Shown here in pieces: positions 1-12,272 of a stretch of DNA of 64,000 nucleotides. Source of the DNA: Trichoplax sp. H2. Lineage: Eukaryota. Below the pieces are notes generated by a model. That model made no database searches. It was not told the DNA's origin and worked only from the letters and a program-made list of their open reading frames with translations. Made by a program: the position numbers and the translations under genes. The first letter of the stretch is position 1, and every line of letters starts with the position of its first letter. Where the stretch lies: the NCBI GenBank assembly GCA_003344405.1, contig NOWV01000022.1, positions 620,001 through 684,000 of the forward strand. Direction: 5' to 3'.

Positions 1-29
1 AAAGGTTACGATACGGTACGGCACGATCC

Positions 30-140
30 GTGACAGTACAGTACAGTACTGTACTGTACAGTACTGTACACTCAGGCTCTTTACTGTACACTGTACACTG
101 TACAATATGCACTGTCGTGGACAGATGGACTACAGTACTA
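30..140. repeat. (CAGTA)n/(TACTG)n pentamer repeat with palindromic switch points (ACAGTACTGT, TGTACA)
   Basis: Direct reading: gtgacagtacagtacagtactgtactgtacagtactgtacac...tactgtacactgtacactgtaca. The 30..245 ORF (TVQYSTVLYSTV) is only a translation of this repeat. Confidence 0.9.
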
Positions 141-2019
141 AAAGACTGGACTGGATATGCCTTTAGATGGACAGACGTTTGGCCAACTTTGGTCAACAAA
201 TTGTGTCAAACATTTCGTTATGACAGTACTAAATTTAGTATATAGACAGTCGATTCTAAATTGATTGATTTTGTGAATGAAGTAATATTACATTATATTT
301 CATAGCCTGTTAGTAAGCTCTGCTTGGAAGCAGTAACTTTAGACAATAAACGTTATTCAAATTAATCAGAGTGATTTAGAAAACAGACTGGGAAAATCCA
401 TACTGAGTAACTATTTTTCGCCATTGGGGGGCCTCATCTGCTAGGGAAGGTCCGTCCGTCCGAGGAGAGTGTCTACTGTCCGATCCAGTCTGGTCTGGTG
501 TACAATTGGACTATAGTCAGTCTGTTAAATTCATCGAGGTAAGAAGAATTTCTATGGTTGAGTTTGACTAGGAGACAGACGATGAGAGCAGTATTTTAAA
601 CTAAGGAAAAGGAAGAATGATCTCTTCTTCGAAGTATTGTCGCTAGAATTGTAACCATAACCGTACACCATATTGTGCAAAACCAAAAGGCAACCTGGCA
701 GCTGGAGCACTGTCGTGTACAGTGCGTTAGTCTCCAGCATCTTGTAATTATAGTTTACTATATTACAACGATACATTATATTTCAATGCCAATAGGTAGT
801 AAATAAAATAGAATTACAAGATGCCGGAGACTAGTGCACATACAGTAGCTCCATCCACCTTACATAAACTTGTTAGGACAGTTTCAGCTAAATATTCTAA
901 GAACTATATGTAAGGGAAGGTGGCGGGGGCTAGTGTACAATGACCGATGGTCATCACGGTTAAGATAAATTAAATTGATCAGCAAAATAGGATAATAGTA
1001 CAGTCCATACGTGGACGTAGAATGCCATGCGCAATTATACATCAATAAATAACTGCATGTCGAGAAGGAATGCATATATCTTTTACTGGTTTTATAGTTA
1101 ATATGTCAATACACCGGCTTTGCCATTTTGACACTTTACAATGTCAACGTTTTCAAGTGCTATTGGTATTAAAATAAAATAAATTCATTCAAAGTGTCGA
1201 TTCCGAAATGTAATGTGTGACACTATCCGTATAAACATATTGGAATTATAAGTTTATAATATCGACTAGAACAACAATCCATACAATATTAACTATGACT
1301 ATGTGCTGAGTATGCTGAGTATAACATTAACTAGTTAATTGATAATGTTATTGTCACGGACTACTTCCTCACAAGTTTACAGTACTAGTCTAACGTAAAG
1401 TACTGACTTTGAGTTGCTTCTACAGATTACTACCCTAATCTGTCCAAAGATCTAGTCAGAATAGAGTACTGCTACTATAACGCTTAAGAACTACCCTTCT
1501 AAAAGGCTCATATGCTATAATACTGAAACACTGTCAGCAACAATACTTTCTGAAATTCTATAATTTAGGCAACGCAGTGCCGTAACAGTCATAGATTTAT
1601 TATCATCAGTCTCATTCGTACTCCGTGGGTGAGGGTTAAGTTAGTACTGTATTAAAGAAACCATAAATATAATGATTAATCGAATAATGTGCTCGCTATT
1701 ATATGTTGACAGGTTCTACTTTTAATTACGCATAAAAAATTGGCTTGATGAAAAATGAAATTGAAAATGATTTCTTTCAAAATTTTAATATACAGTACAC
1801 CAGATGTATTCGCAAACGTTAAAAATAAATTGCTCACCACCAAGTTACCTAAATTACTATATTAGAAGCTGACAATACAGCTTATAGCTGTTATCATCTC
1901 AATCACGCAAAATAGGAATCAGTCAAAGAGGGTAGATAAACAGCTAGTCATCGCCGTCGTAGCACCAGGTTAAAAGATCGCCATCAGTACTCGTCCGTCA
2001 GTATCTTACTTGGTCAATA

Positions 2020-5000
2020 TTACAGCTTGCTACTGATTCGAGATTTTTCATTCTGTCGAATGACTCGACGTAAAATTTTACCACTAGCAGATTTCGGAAT
2101 TGACTGGACGAATTCTACGCCACCTCGCAGTTGTTTATACCAAGCTACGTTCTCGGCTACGTACTTGATAATGTCTTTCGCAGAAAGCGAATCTGAAAAA
2201 GTTTCAGTTTATTAACTAATGCAAAATATCTAAAAATACAAACGTCATAAAATATTACCTTTAGAATTTCTTAAAACTACGTAAGCTCTTGGGACTTCTC
2301 CTGCCGTTTCATCAGGAATTCCGATTACTGCAGAATCTGCTATTTGTTGATGATCGTTTAAAATAGCTTCCAATTCAGCAGGTGCAATCTACAAAATGAT
2401 TTTAAATTAGAATTGATGATATTGACAATATTAACAGCAGCAAAGGCTTAGATTATAAAATTAGCAATGCTCTCTAAACTAACCTGAAATCCTTTAAATT
2501 TAATCAGCTCCTTCAAACGATCTATCACAAATACGTTGCCTTCATTATCATAATACCCAATATCACCAGTGTGAAGCCATCCATTTTTGTCAATAGTATC
2601 TGCAGTCGCTTGTGGATTGTTGATGTAGCCTAACATCATTTGCGGTCCCCTGAAGCATAATTCTCCAACTTCATTGAGCGCAACGGCTTCACCATTATCA
2701 ACGTTGATAACCTATTGGGTAATTATCATAAAATTGAGGTAGATTACATAATGCTGATGATGTTTGTAATTAATCATTACTATTCTACAGAATTAATCAA
2801 AGAATATAATTTAACCTTGCAATCCGTGTTGGGAACTAATTTACCAACTGAACCAACTTTATAAGAGTTTAAAAATGCATACACCACCAGTGGGCCTAAT
2901 TCTGTCATACCATAACCTAAGAATCCATCACATACAGAGAGATGACAAGTAAGTTATATAACGTCATGAATATATGACACGTATAATGATATAGACTTTA
3001 CTTTATAAATAATTTAAAAATAGCGATTCAACTCTACCTTGATTAAACGTTTGTAATTTTAAGCGCTTTTGCAAGTCTTCACCAATTTCTGAGCTAACTG
3101 GGGCGCCTCCTGAACTAATGTAGGTTAAACTGGACAAGTTATAATTATCAATCAAAGGACTTTTAGCTAGAAACAATACCATGGCCGGCACACATAATAA
3201 TTTAGTGACCTATAATTATGCAGAAGAAAAAAATGCCGTCTGTCTAAAAATCGATAAGGGATAACGTACTATTTACATTCAATCCATATTCAATCCACTC
3301 AAAAACTATAAATACCTTGTACTCTTGGATTGCATTCAGGAATTTCGTATGTATAAATTTCGATTGAAGGACTAAGCGACGTCCATTACATAACGTAAAC
3401 GAAAGTATAGACACCAGACCATATACATGAAATAATGGTAAGACATTTAACAAACATTCGTCTTCAGAATCCATATTTAAAGCTCCAATATCACGATGAC
3501 TAAAGTTCACCATATCAGCTATTAAATTATAATGGGAGAGCATGACACCCTTTGGTAGCCCAGTAGTACCACTCGAATATAAGATCACGGCAACATCTGA
3601 TTTAGGGGAAACCTTGAACTTCCTAGGAGCTTTGTTAACCTTGCCGCTACAATATAGAGAATTTATGGTTATAAGGAGAAGAATCACACGCAAGCATTCC
3701 CAAAGGTCATTGTACTGTATGTCTTTATGATAAAAATTCACAATGAACATCCGGATTTACGCAACTGTGAGGATAACTTTTTGACGCTTTATTAAATAGA
3801 TTTTAGTTGAATATTAACTTAATGATCTACCACATGAAATAACGCCCCTCATCTACAAAATCTATATACAGTCATGCTGTACAGTAAAGTATTAGCTTAA
3901 TATAAAAAAAAGTAGAGTAAATATTTTGGATGTTTTTGCAACGACATTTCATGGAAACTTTCATACAGTCATATAGAATGCATGCTATGTTTATGCTATA
4001 AGCGAATAAATGAAACAGGGTAAATGAACCTACTTTATGAGATCGAACATAGCTTGATAGCTGTTATCACGGATTGGGGGTTTGCCAATAACAATTTTTC
4101 TCCTGAAGCTGTAGTTGACTTTTTTAACCGTATTGATACAACTTTCGTGAGTAATTATGTATGCCGGTTTCGAATCATTCAGCTGTCTTGCCAATTCATG
4201 CTCTGTGAAGATTGGGTTGCAAGTAGTCACGATACCACCTGCAGCTATAACTGCAAAGAAGCCGATAACAAACTCTAAGCAATTAGGACTTCGGATCATG
4301 ACTACATCTTTGGGTTGCAATCCTAAACGAATCAGACCAGAGCAACATCTTTCAATCCGATCTCGCAATTCGCCATAAGTAATTGACTTAGCTTCTTCTT
4401 TATCATCATCAATCTATAATTTAAAAGATTAGCAATCTATTTTCACTACGATCAGAATCAATGATCAACAATACAGCGGAAACTCTTGTTGTAGACCTCC
4501 TTGTAAAATCGAGAAACTAAAAACAAACACAGTCATCATTTCACTAGGTAAAAGGTCCAATATTCGATACAATGCCAATGGGTATCTATCGTGAAATCGA
4601 CTGACTACAGTATATCAAATGATGTGATGTACTTGTATCTATCATTCCCTGAACTTTTAGCTTAATTGTACAGGTAATCGTATTTGCTTCAACTAATAGA
4701 GGCGATTGGAAATTGAAAGATAGCCGGTAAAATTGTACCCCACCCATCAGTTCTATTCTTGTTTTTCTATCTATCCAGTATATAATGATCTTATAAGCTA
4801 CTTTTTTTTTAATTACGTATTCAAAATCATGTCAACAGAGTCGTAATTTCTATCTAGGAGTGATGATGATGATGAGTGGAGAATGTTGATGAATGAATTA
4901 TCTTACGCGTATTCTCTACTTTTGTGCAAGACTGGTGAATTTTTGAGCAAGACATTTTTACGATAGGAGCTACGACAGTAGCTACAGAACCGATCAAACC

Positions 5001-5109
5001 TTACCAGGGCAATTCGATTATAATATTGATCGCAATTTCTGAAGATAAATTGGTAAAAGTCTATGTTGTCAGGTATGTGAATGTTGCCAAGAGTACTAGA
5101 AATGTACAT
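2020..5109 (-). CDS. Luciferase-like / 4-coumarate-CoA ligase-like acyl-CoA synthetase (ANL adenylate-forming family), predicted peroxisomal
   Basis: 8 phase-compatible GT-AG exons: 5109-5005, 4413-4034, 3646-3316, 3209-3038, 2916-2816, 2711-2484, 2388-2259, 2192-2020. Motifs: [16 protein letters not shown] (P-loop), [49 protein letters not shown] (catalytic Lys). C-terminus ...ISSKL* is a PTS1. Confidence 0.95.
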
Positions 5110-5844
5110 CGTTGTTGCCAAAGGTGCTGGAAAAAAAAAATGCCAAATCAGAACTTTCGGTCGTAACAGATTTTACTACCAATGTTATTACTACCTGGTG
5201 TTCTATACTACTGTATACTGTAAACTTCTTTCTTCAGCCTCCACATGTGACATTAGTTTTGCAAAGGACAAGATCACGAGACTGGGAGACTACTGAAAGA
5301 AGTTCCAGTACTGTCTATACTAGTAGCCGTAAAGCAATCGGAAAAGGCATACTGTAACACTACCAAAAGATAATAATAATGCGCCGTCTATTACAGTACA
5401 GGGAGTATCATTGATCAAGGGGACCGCCAGTTACGAGCAAAAATCATATCACTATGCTCCACCACAGACAGATTGCCACTGCTGTTCTGGGCGACTTCTT
5501 CTTCTCCTAGCTATCATGACAGCATTACCCACAAGCAAGAATTTTTAGTCTACTCGTCAAAGTATAGTATCCAAGATTCTCGTTTAGTCGTTTCTGACTA
5601 GAGATAGCTTTAGGCGAAAGCCATATCTAAGCCCTTAGCAATCAAAATCGAGGTACAGTATAGTGTAGAAGCCCTTGGATGGCATCGAGAGAAAACAGTG
5701 TATTTCTACTCCTATGTTATTCAAATGAGTTAGACAGGATCGAATAAAATGGCCGGCAGGGACATTTTTAGTATCCTGTACTCAACAATGGCTGAACCAT
5801 GGACATCAACCTTGGCATTGCAGTTAGGGTTCACTTTGGAAGGC

Positions 5845-6055
5845 ACTACTAAAAAATAAAATAGACTGGCAACATGGAGCACTGTAGTCATGGACTAGCA
5901 ATAGAGTCTATCTCTACTAGCCCTACTAAAAAAAAAGATACTGGAAGCATTGAGTATTGCAGTCATGCGAATAGTCTATCACTACTAGCACTACTAAAAC
6001 AAAAAAATACTGGCAGCATTGAGTACTGTAGTCATGGACTACCAATAGTCTATCA
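5845..6055. repeat. Three degenerate tandem copies of a ~70 bp unit
   Basis: Unit approximately ctactaaaaaa...actggcagcattgagtactgtagtcatggactagcaatagtctatc occurs three times. The ORFs 5874..6080 and 5926..6114 simply mirror this repeat. Confidence 0.85.
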
Positions 6056-6510
6056 TGCCCTGGCATACATGTCAAAATAAATAAATAAATCACTATTTTT
6101 TGCCTTAAAAGCACTACTAATCTACTGTATGGGAATATTCAAGGTAGCATCCATTGTATAGGATTGACTGCACTGCCCATTTACACCGTAATGTACAGTA
6201 GTACTATACTGTAGCAGTTGAGGGTAAAGTGTACTTTTATAGGCAAGATTTCCTAAAACGCCTAATCAATCCATTGAAGGAGGGCCGCCTGCTTGCATTA
6301 AATAGTTCTGAACTGCCCCATTTGACCTAAATTGTCCCCCAAAAAGGGAAAAAAGAAGAATGAAAGGCATTTGGTCCAAAAGAAGGCTATGCCATAGCCT
6401 AAAAAGTCAACACTGATACCGACTACAAGGTTGTATCGAGAGAGACAACAAGAGATACTGCCCAGTGGAAGTCAGAACCGAGAAGAGAGAGAAAAAAAAA
6501 AAAATTGGCA

Positions 6511-9500
6511 ATGTCCTTATTCTCGATACGAAGACACCACCAGGCTAAGCCCAATCAATGTCCGCAAAACTCTACAGTATGTTTTCAATAAGAACGACCA
6601 TTTTAAATAAATATCTTTTCACGATGGTTATTAAACTATCTCTTGATAAAATCACTCTTTCGATTGTGCTTGTAAAACCTTTCATTATCAACCTAACGCG
6701 CTTTCAAAGAAATAGACCGACAGTGTAGAGGATATCTATGGATAGCAATGGTTTATATCTAGCATTTTTTCTTCTTATTTCTACGCTTGTAGCATCTTGA
6801 CGCCAACGATGGGCAAATCACTGACAGGTGAATAATGCATTATTAATTCTAATCGTCAATTGAACTCTTTCTTTACCCATCCAGGACTATTTCGTCTATG
6901 GCGTTAAACTATTTTTGTACCTTGATCGATATGTAGAACAGTACCGATAGTAACCTTAAGTTAGTCATACATAGACATGCGCTATTTTCTACCAATTCTT
7001 AAAAATAGCTTAGGATCATGATGCTAATACAATCATTTCCCCCCAAAATTTATCTTTGTTGTAAATCGTTCATAGGAAGAATTTTTATAGTAACTAGATG
7101 TTGTTAAATTGAAATTTAAAGCCGCTCATCTTCAAATCTATTTATCTATCATAGCGTGGAACATTACTGTGCAATCAAAGGAATCGCTGTTCGTGTTCAT
7201 GGCAGCCCTCGCCAACCAATCAACGAAAAAGAAGGTAGACTAAAGTTGATTATATTGAATAAGAAGGAAAAATATCCACATGCACCAATACGGTGCTTTA
7301 AGTAGATGAGTTTATGTTGATTAGTATTGAATGAAACACCGGAAAAAAAGCCATTGGTACACTATTATTAGATAGATTGTAGAAACGGTCGTGTCTATCA
7401 TACAGGATACCAATGCAGCATTTCACAAATATACCCACAAGTAAATGGCATTGATTTGCCCAATGTAAATTGTAGTAATTGCTCATTACTGCTTTTGAAT
7501 AGGGTAGCAGAAAATGCACATTTGAAAAAAAATGGCTCTTATTCATACTTTGATACAATAACATTATAGACCTAGAGATAGAAGGTTTAATGTAGCCTAT
7601 TTTGCCTAGTTTGCCCTGATCGAGCATAGTATACAACGAATGGATTAGCGCTAGTCCAACGCTGATTACCTTGCTTACTTGTACTGTAATAGAAATGTAA
7701 TAATACAGTATCAATCTCAATCTTGATACATGTATGGATACATTATGTTAAAATTTCCAACAAATTAATCATCTACATTGAAATCGATAATCAATTTGAC
7801 GTGGACACTACGTAATTGTACTTTTCGTTGATGCCTTTCTAAAGTATATATATACATCCCCATCAGTATGACAGAAACATACAGTACTATACAGTTATAT
7901 CAATTAAATAAACTACCTAATGACCATTTCACACATCAAAAAAACGTCTTCACATATATCAAATTGCCTTAATTACCTTGAGACAATACAGAAAGATCCA
8001 TAGACATTCCGATGACTAGATATAGTACAGTAGACTATCACTATACAGTATCAATCTGCAATTACGATATAGAAACTTTACTCTTTTATTGTTTACAGTA
8101 AAAGCGTTCCTACGCCATTTTTAAGTTGTTTTGCATCTGTCCCGTCAATCAAGACTATTTTCTCAATAATTAACGAGATGAAAATATTCAAAAACATTTT
8201 GTTTAGGATGACACTTAGATTATTCAAAACCATTAAATCGTTATCCATGTTCAATTCCATGAACTGTACAATATTTAACATGAAACGATTCCAAATGGCT
8301 ACTGGTTATCGCTGATATTGCGACATGAACAATTTAGATGCTTTTCAGTTAGTTCATGCTTCATTTACAGTATTTTATTTTTCTTCTTATGATTTTTCCT
8401 AATCATATAAGAACGCGAAAAATTTTCATAAGTAGACATTATAACGCGAGTAATCGACTACTATATCGATAATCCTATGTAATTTTGAAATACAAACATT
8501 TTCTTTGATTATTCCTATTTTAGCAGGCGATATTCAACACCATTTACGCGTTATATCTGAGACAGTAAGACCTGAGGACTCAATTACCCTAGTAAGAAAG
8601 AAACTTTTATTTCTGTCGACAATAAAAAACGATATCTTTAATTCTTATGTTGTCAAAAATTTTTTAAAATGATCGTATTTCGGTATCATTGCTGTTGTAT
8701 TGTTACTATCAAATGAAAAGAAGTACAGTAGTTACTATACCAGTATTGAAGGTTTCAGTTATAACTTCATCGTTTAAACCTGCGCATTTTGCTAAATAAG
8801 TCATCTATTTTACATTTTTATACAGGCAGTCAAATTAGAATGCCTACTATCAACTAGAACGAGATACCTAACTGTGGTATCAATTACTGATATCGACAAT
8901 ACAGAAGAAAACGCTCTGTTAGGTTTTGACTGGGATGAAACGTATGTTTCATTAGCAATGATATTAACTAATTAATTATATAATCGAATTCATCGTAATT
9001 AATGCGAAATCCTCACTGAAATGATCTACCTATGGATAATAGATAGATTAATCTATATAAATCTACACTTTATTATAAAACAGTTCTGATGAAGCCACTT
9101 TAGGAATGGTCCTTCCAGTTTATGCTGATACATCAATTGTCCTTGATGGCGACGGGTGAGTAGAACCCAAGCATCCGTTCTTGTAATCCTCAGTTGCATG
9201 CGTTACATTGCTTTGATACATCACTACGTAAGCAATTAATTCAATCCTAATCATTCGAATTAATTGATAATCCTTTCTCATCTTTAATATTTCATACCCT
9301 TTTTTAGAGGTTTTGTAGTAACTTCAGATTATCGCAAACATACTTTCAAGCCTGTATCAGTGCAATCAATGTGGTTAGCTTTAAACTTATTGTTATTAAC
9401 TTCAAAGATAAAATTTCAATTTGACCTACCTGTAACACTGTATCTTGATACAAGTCTTTGATTAACGTAGGAGCGCTTTACAGACGTTGAATAAGAATGT

Positions 9501-12272
9501 AGAAAATGCAAGATATAACAATTTTTTTGCTGAAGGTACTTCACATACTTGGATTAACCATTACGTAAAAGAAATTAATAGTTCACCAAAGGCCATTATT
9601 GAATGGAATGCACTTGATATCGAATCTAAAACTAATTTTGACGCCAAAATAGATTCTGAACTGTAAGTATTTTGAGCTGTGAATTAAAAATCGAATCCTT
9701 TATAGTGATAATTTAATTAAACTTGTTAAATCTATAGGGATCAATCAAAGTTAGCTGCCACACGAAATCTAATTAAGGTCAATTTACGAGATGTAAGCTT
9801 TGCTTTAATACTTCAATGATAATACGAGTACCTTAGTACTATTAGATGATATTTTACCATTGGCATTACAGATTATGGCGCATGTAGATATAGAAGAAAT
9901 AACTAGTAAACAGGTAATCATGTAATCTCCAGTACATTGTAAATGACTTCTGTTTAAGCAATGATACTGCAATATATTCAAAAAATCTAAAATTATGTCT
10001 ATAAATTGTTAACGTTTTTATTTATTCACTTAACAGATACGGTCATTACTAGAAGAAAGAATACAAATGAAGCTTACTGAATTCAAAGAATTCATTGATG
10101 AATGTATGATTGTTATCTTACGACAAATGGATTCAGCATCTGAAATACTGCCTTACCTATATTTGGTAAATTGCTGATTTATCTTCTTTAAAATAAATTT
10201 ATCAAGCACTTAAAGAGAAAAAAGCTTATATTTTTTTAATACTCTATTTTAGGGTTCAGAATGGAATGCTGCTAATATCGACGAGCTAAAAAATAAAGGG
10301 TAAGTAACCGTTAAATTTTAAAGATATAACGTTTCATGATAACGTCGTTTTATTATAGAATTTAACCTGGAGCATCTGTTGGGATGCGTAAAATATTAGT
10401 TACTTGCGCAAATTGACATTGTTTAATTTTAAGTTATTGTTTTATACTTATAGTATTAAATACATTTTAAATATCACTTGTGAAGTCGATAACTTTTTTC
10501 CAAATCAGTTTTCCTATATGAATATCAGGTAATTAAAACATTCCTATGCTGTCTATACTAACGTAATCGTAAAGGTCTTTTAATAATGATTGCATCATTG
10601 TATGAGTAGAGTTGTCGATAAAGAAACAACAGATCTAATAACAAATTGGGACAAGACTTATAAATTTATCAAAGGTGCAAGGTAAGTGGCTAATAAAATT
10701 TTTTTGCAAGAATTTGGCCTGACAGATCTATTTATTGATAGGAATAATAGCTCAAAAGTACTGGTTCATTGTAAAATGGGAGTTAGCAGGTCTGCTTCAA
10801 CGGTAAAGTCTGATTTAAGCCATTTTATCAAATATTAAAGTTTTAAGCATAGAACATTAACTTAATTCATTGCTTCATGAGTAGGTCATAGCTTATGTTA
10901 TGAAGGAATATAAGTGGCCCTTAGAGACCGCCTTACAACATGTGAAAAGCTGTCGCAATTGCATTAATCCTAATCCTGGCTTTTACAATCAATTGATTAC
11001 TTATGAAGGCTTAATAAAAGCAGGGTAATGTAATTAGAATTAAACTTTAAACCTTGAAAATAAATTGACTTAACTGCAACAACTCTTGGTCTCTCTAACT
11101 AACATTTTTACTATGGACGTAGGCGCCTTCGCCACAGTCATTTATGGAGGAAGAGATCATACTCTGATACCTCTATTAAGCAGTTAATTTCCTTTCGTCG
11201 GAGTCAAATGACCAAGAAAGCACCTATAACAGAGCAAAATGATGAATCGGGCCAAACCCAATGTAAAGATACTGCATCAACGAAAGCAAATGAAGATACA
11301 GACTTTATCTCATTTTACTCATGTGTTTCTTGCTTGATAAGTGAGTATCAAATTAAGAATGATAGGAAAAAGGAGAAAAATATAAAGAAATCACTTCATC
11401 GTAAGGGCCGTAATCTGCAAAATCGCATACAAGCACCTAGGCCGGTAAAATCAAATCCCAACCTAGGTAGTTTAGCAAACGATTATAGTCAAGCATATGA
11501 TCAGATTACATCAAGTGCATCGATTGACACATCATTTGATAGTCACCCAGAAGGATTTGACAAGCATACTTTAGCCGAAGGTAATTTATCTAATGATACC
11601 GTCGCCATTAACGAATCAAAATTGGGCGCATCTCCAACTATTGTACTTAGACATAAACAGGAGGAAGATTGTTGTAGTTCGACAAAAATGTTATACGAAG
11701 TGAAGTCTAAAGGAGACAACGAAACACATTCCAATAAAACAATGAACAAATCGAATAAAAGAGAAGGATCGAAGGTAAAAGGGATCAAGAACTTTTTAGA
11801 AGGTATATCTAAAGGCTGGCAGGCTTCAAAAGCTATATTGCGTCAAAATAGCAGTAAGTCCCCTGTAAGCAAAAGTGAAGAACATAAATTTGATGAAGAT
11901 AGAATATCACCAAATCCTAAAATTAATTCGTCAACAGAGAGTGAGCGGGATAATTACGTCGATCACACTCTCGATAAGCTGATTGTATCACCTGAGGCTG
12001 ACCGTGAAAATGATGTTGAAAAATTGAAATTCAATGTATCAGTTAAGGAATTAACTTTGGAATTAGAATCAGCTCACATGCAATCATTAAATAATTCCTC
12101 ACTTAATACGTCAAAAAGTTCTATTCAGAATCTTGGCATCACAAGCACTGCTGAAACTAAGAACGATGCCAACGATGATGAGACTTGTCCTAAGAATGAA
12201 TTACAGCGCAGTTCCGGCTACATAAGGAATATCGTTGAAAAATTCGAATCGAGCGACTGCCAAGCAAATTAA
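6511..12272 (+). CDS. SSH: Protein phosphatase Slingshot homolog (SSH-N, DEK-C and dual-specificity phosphatase domains, long disordered tail)
   Basis: About 17 exons, including 6511-6576, 6793-6827, 7155-7234, 8524-8591, 8826-8941, 9084-9155, 9308-9373, 9471-9662 ... 10742-10803, 10885-11023, 11123-12272. Motifs: AGDIQHHL..VRPEDSITLAVKLE, LDGDGGF, FKPVSVQSMWSALQTL, YLYLGSEWNAAN, catalytic VHCKMGVSRSAST, INPNPGF..QL.TYEG. The first three exons are phase-consistent but less certain. Confidence 0.93.

Noticed and set aside
30..245. 71 aa ORF, and the similar ORFs 42100..42342 and 42628..42876
   Set aside because: The TVQYSTVLY-type content is the translation of the CAGTA/TACTG repeat; no domain signal.
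3826..3866. Possible extra exon (DEGRYF-like) in intron 2 of the acyl-CoA synthetase
   Set aside because: It is not phase-compatible with the phase-2 donor at 4033 (stops follow), and exon 2 splices cleanly to 3646.
2020..5109. Calling the gene a true luciferase or a bioluminescence system
   Set aside because: Luciferin-pocket motifs differ and family membership alone does not imply light emission.
5845..6055. CRISPR-like repeat-spacer appearance
   Set aside because: Units are degenerate tandem copies without unique spacers, no cas genes are present, and the context is eukaryotic.
7298..7720. 140 aa antisense ORF inside an SSH intron
   Set aside because: Non-ATG start, AT-driven composition and no motifs; likely a chance ORF.
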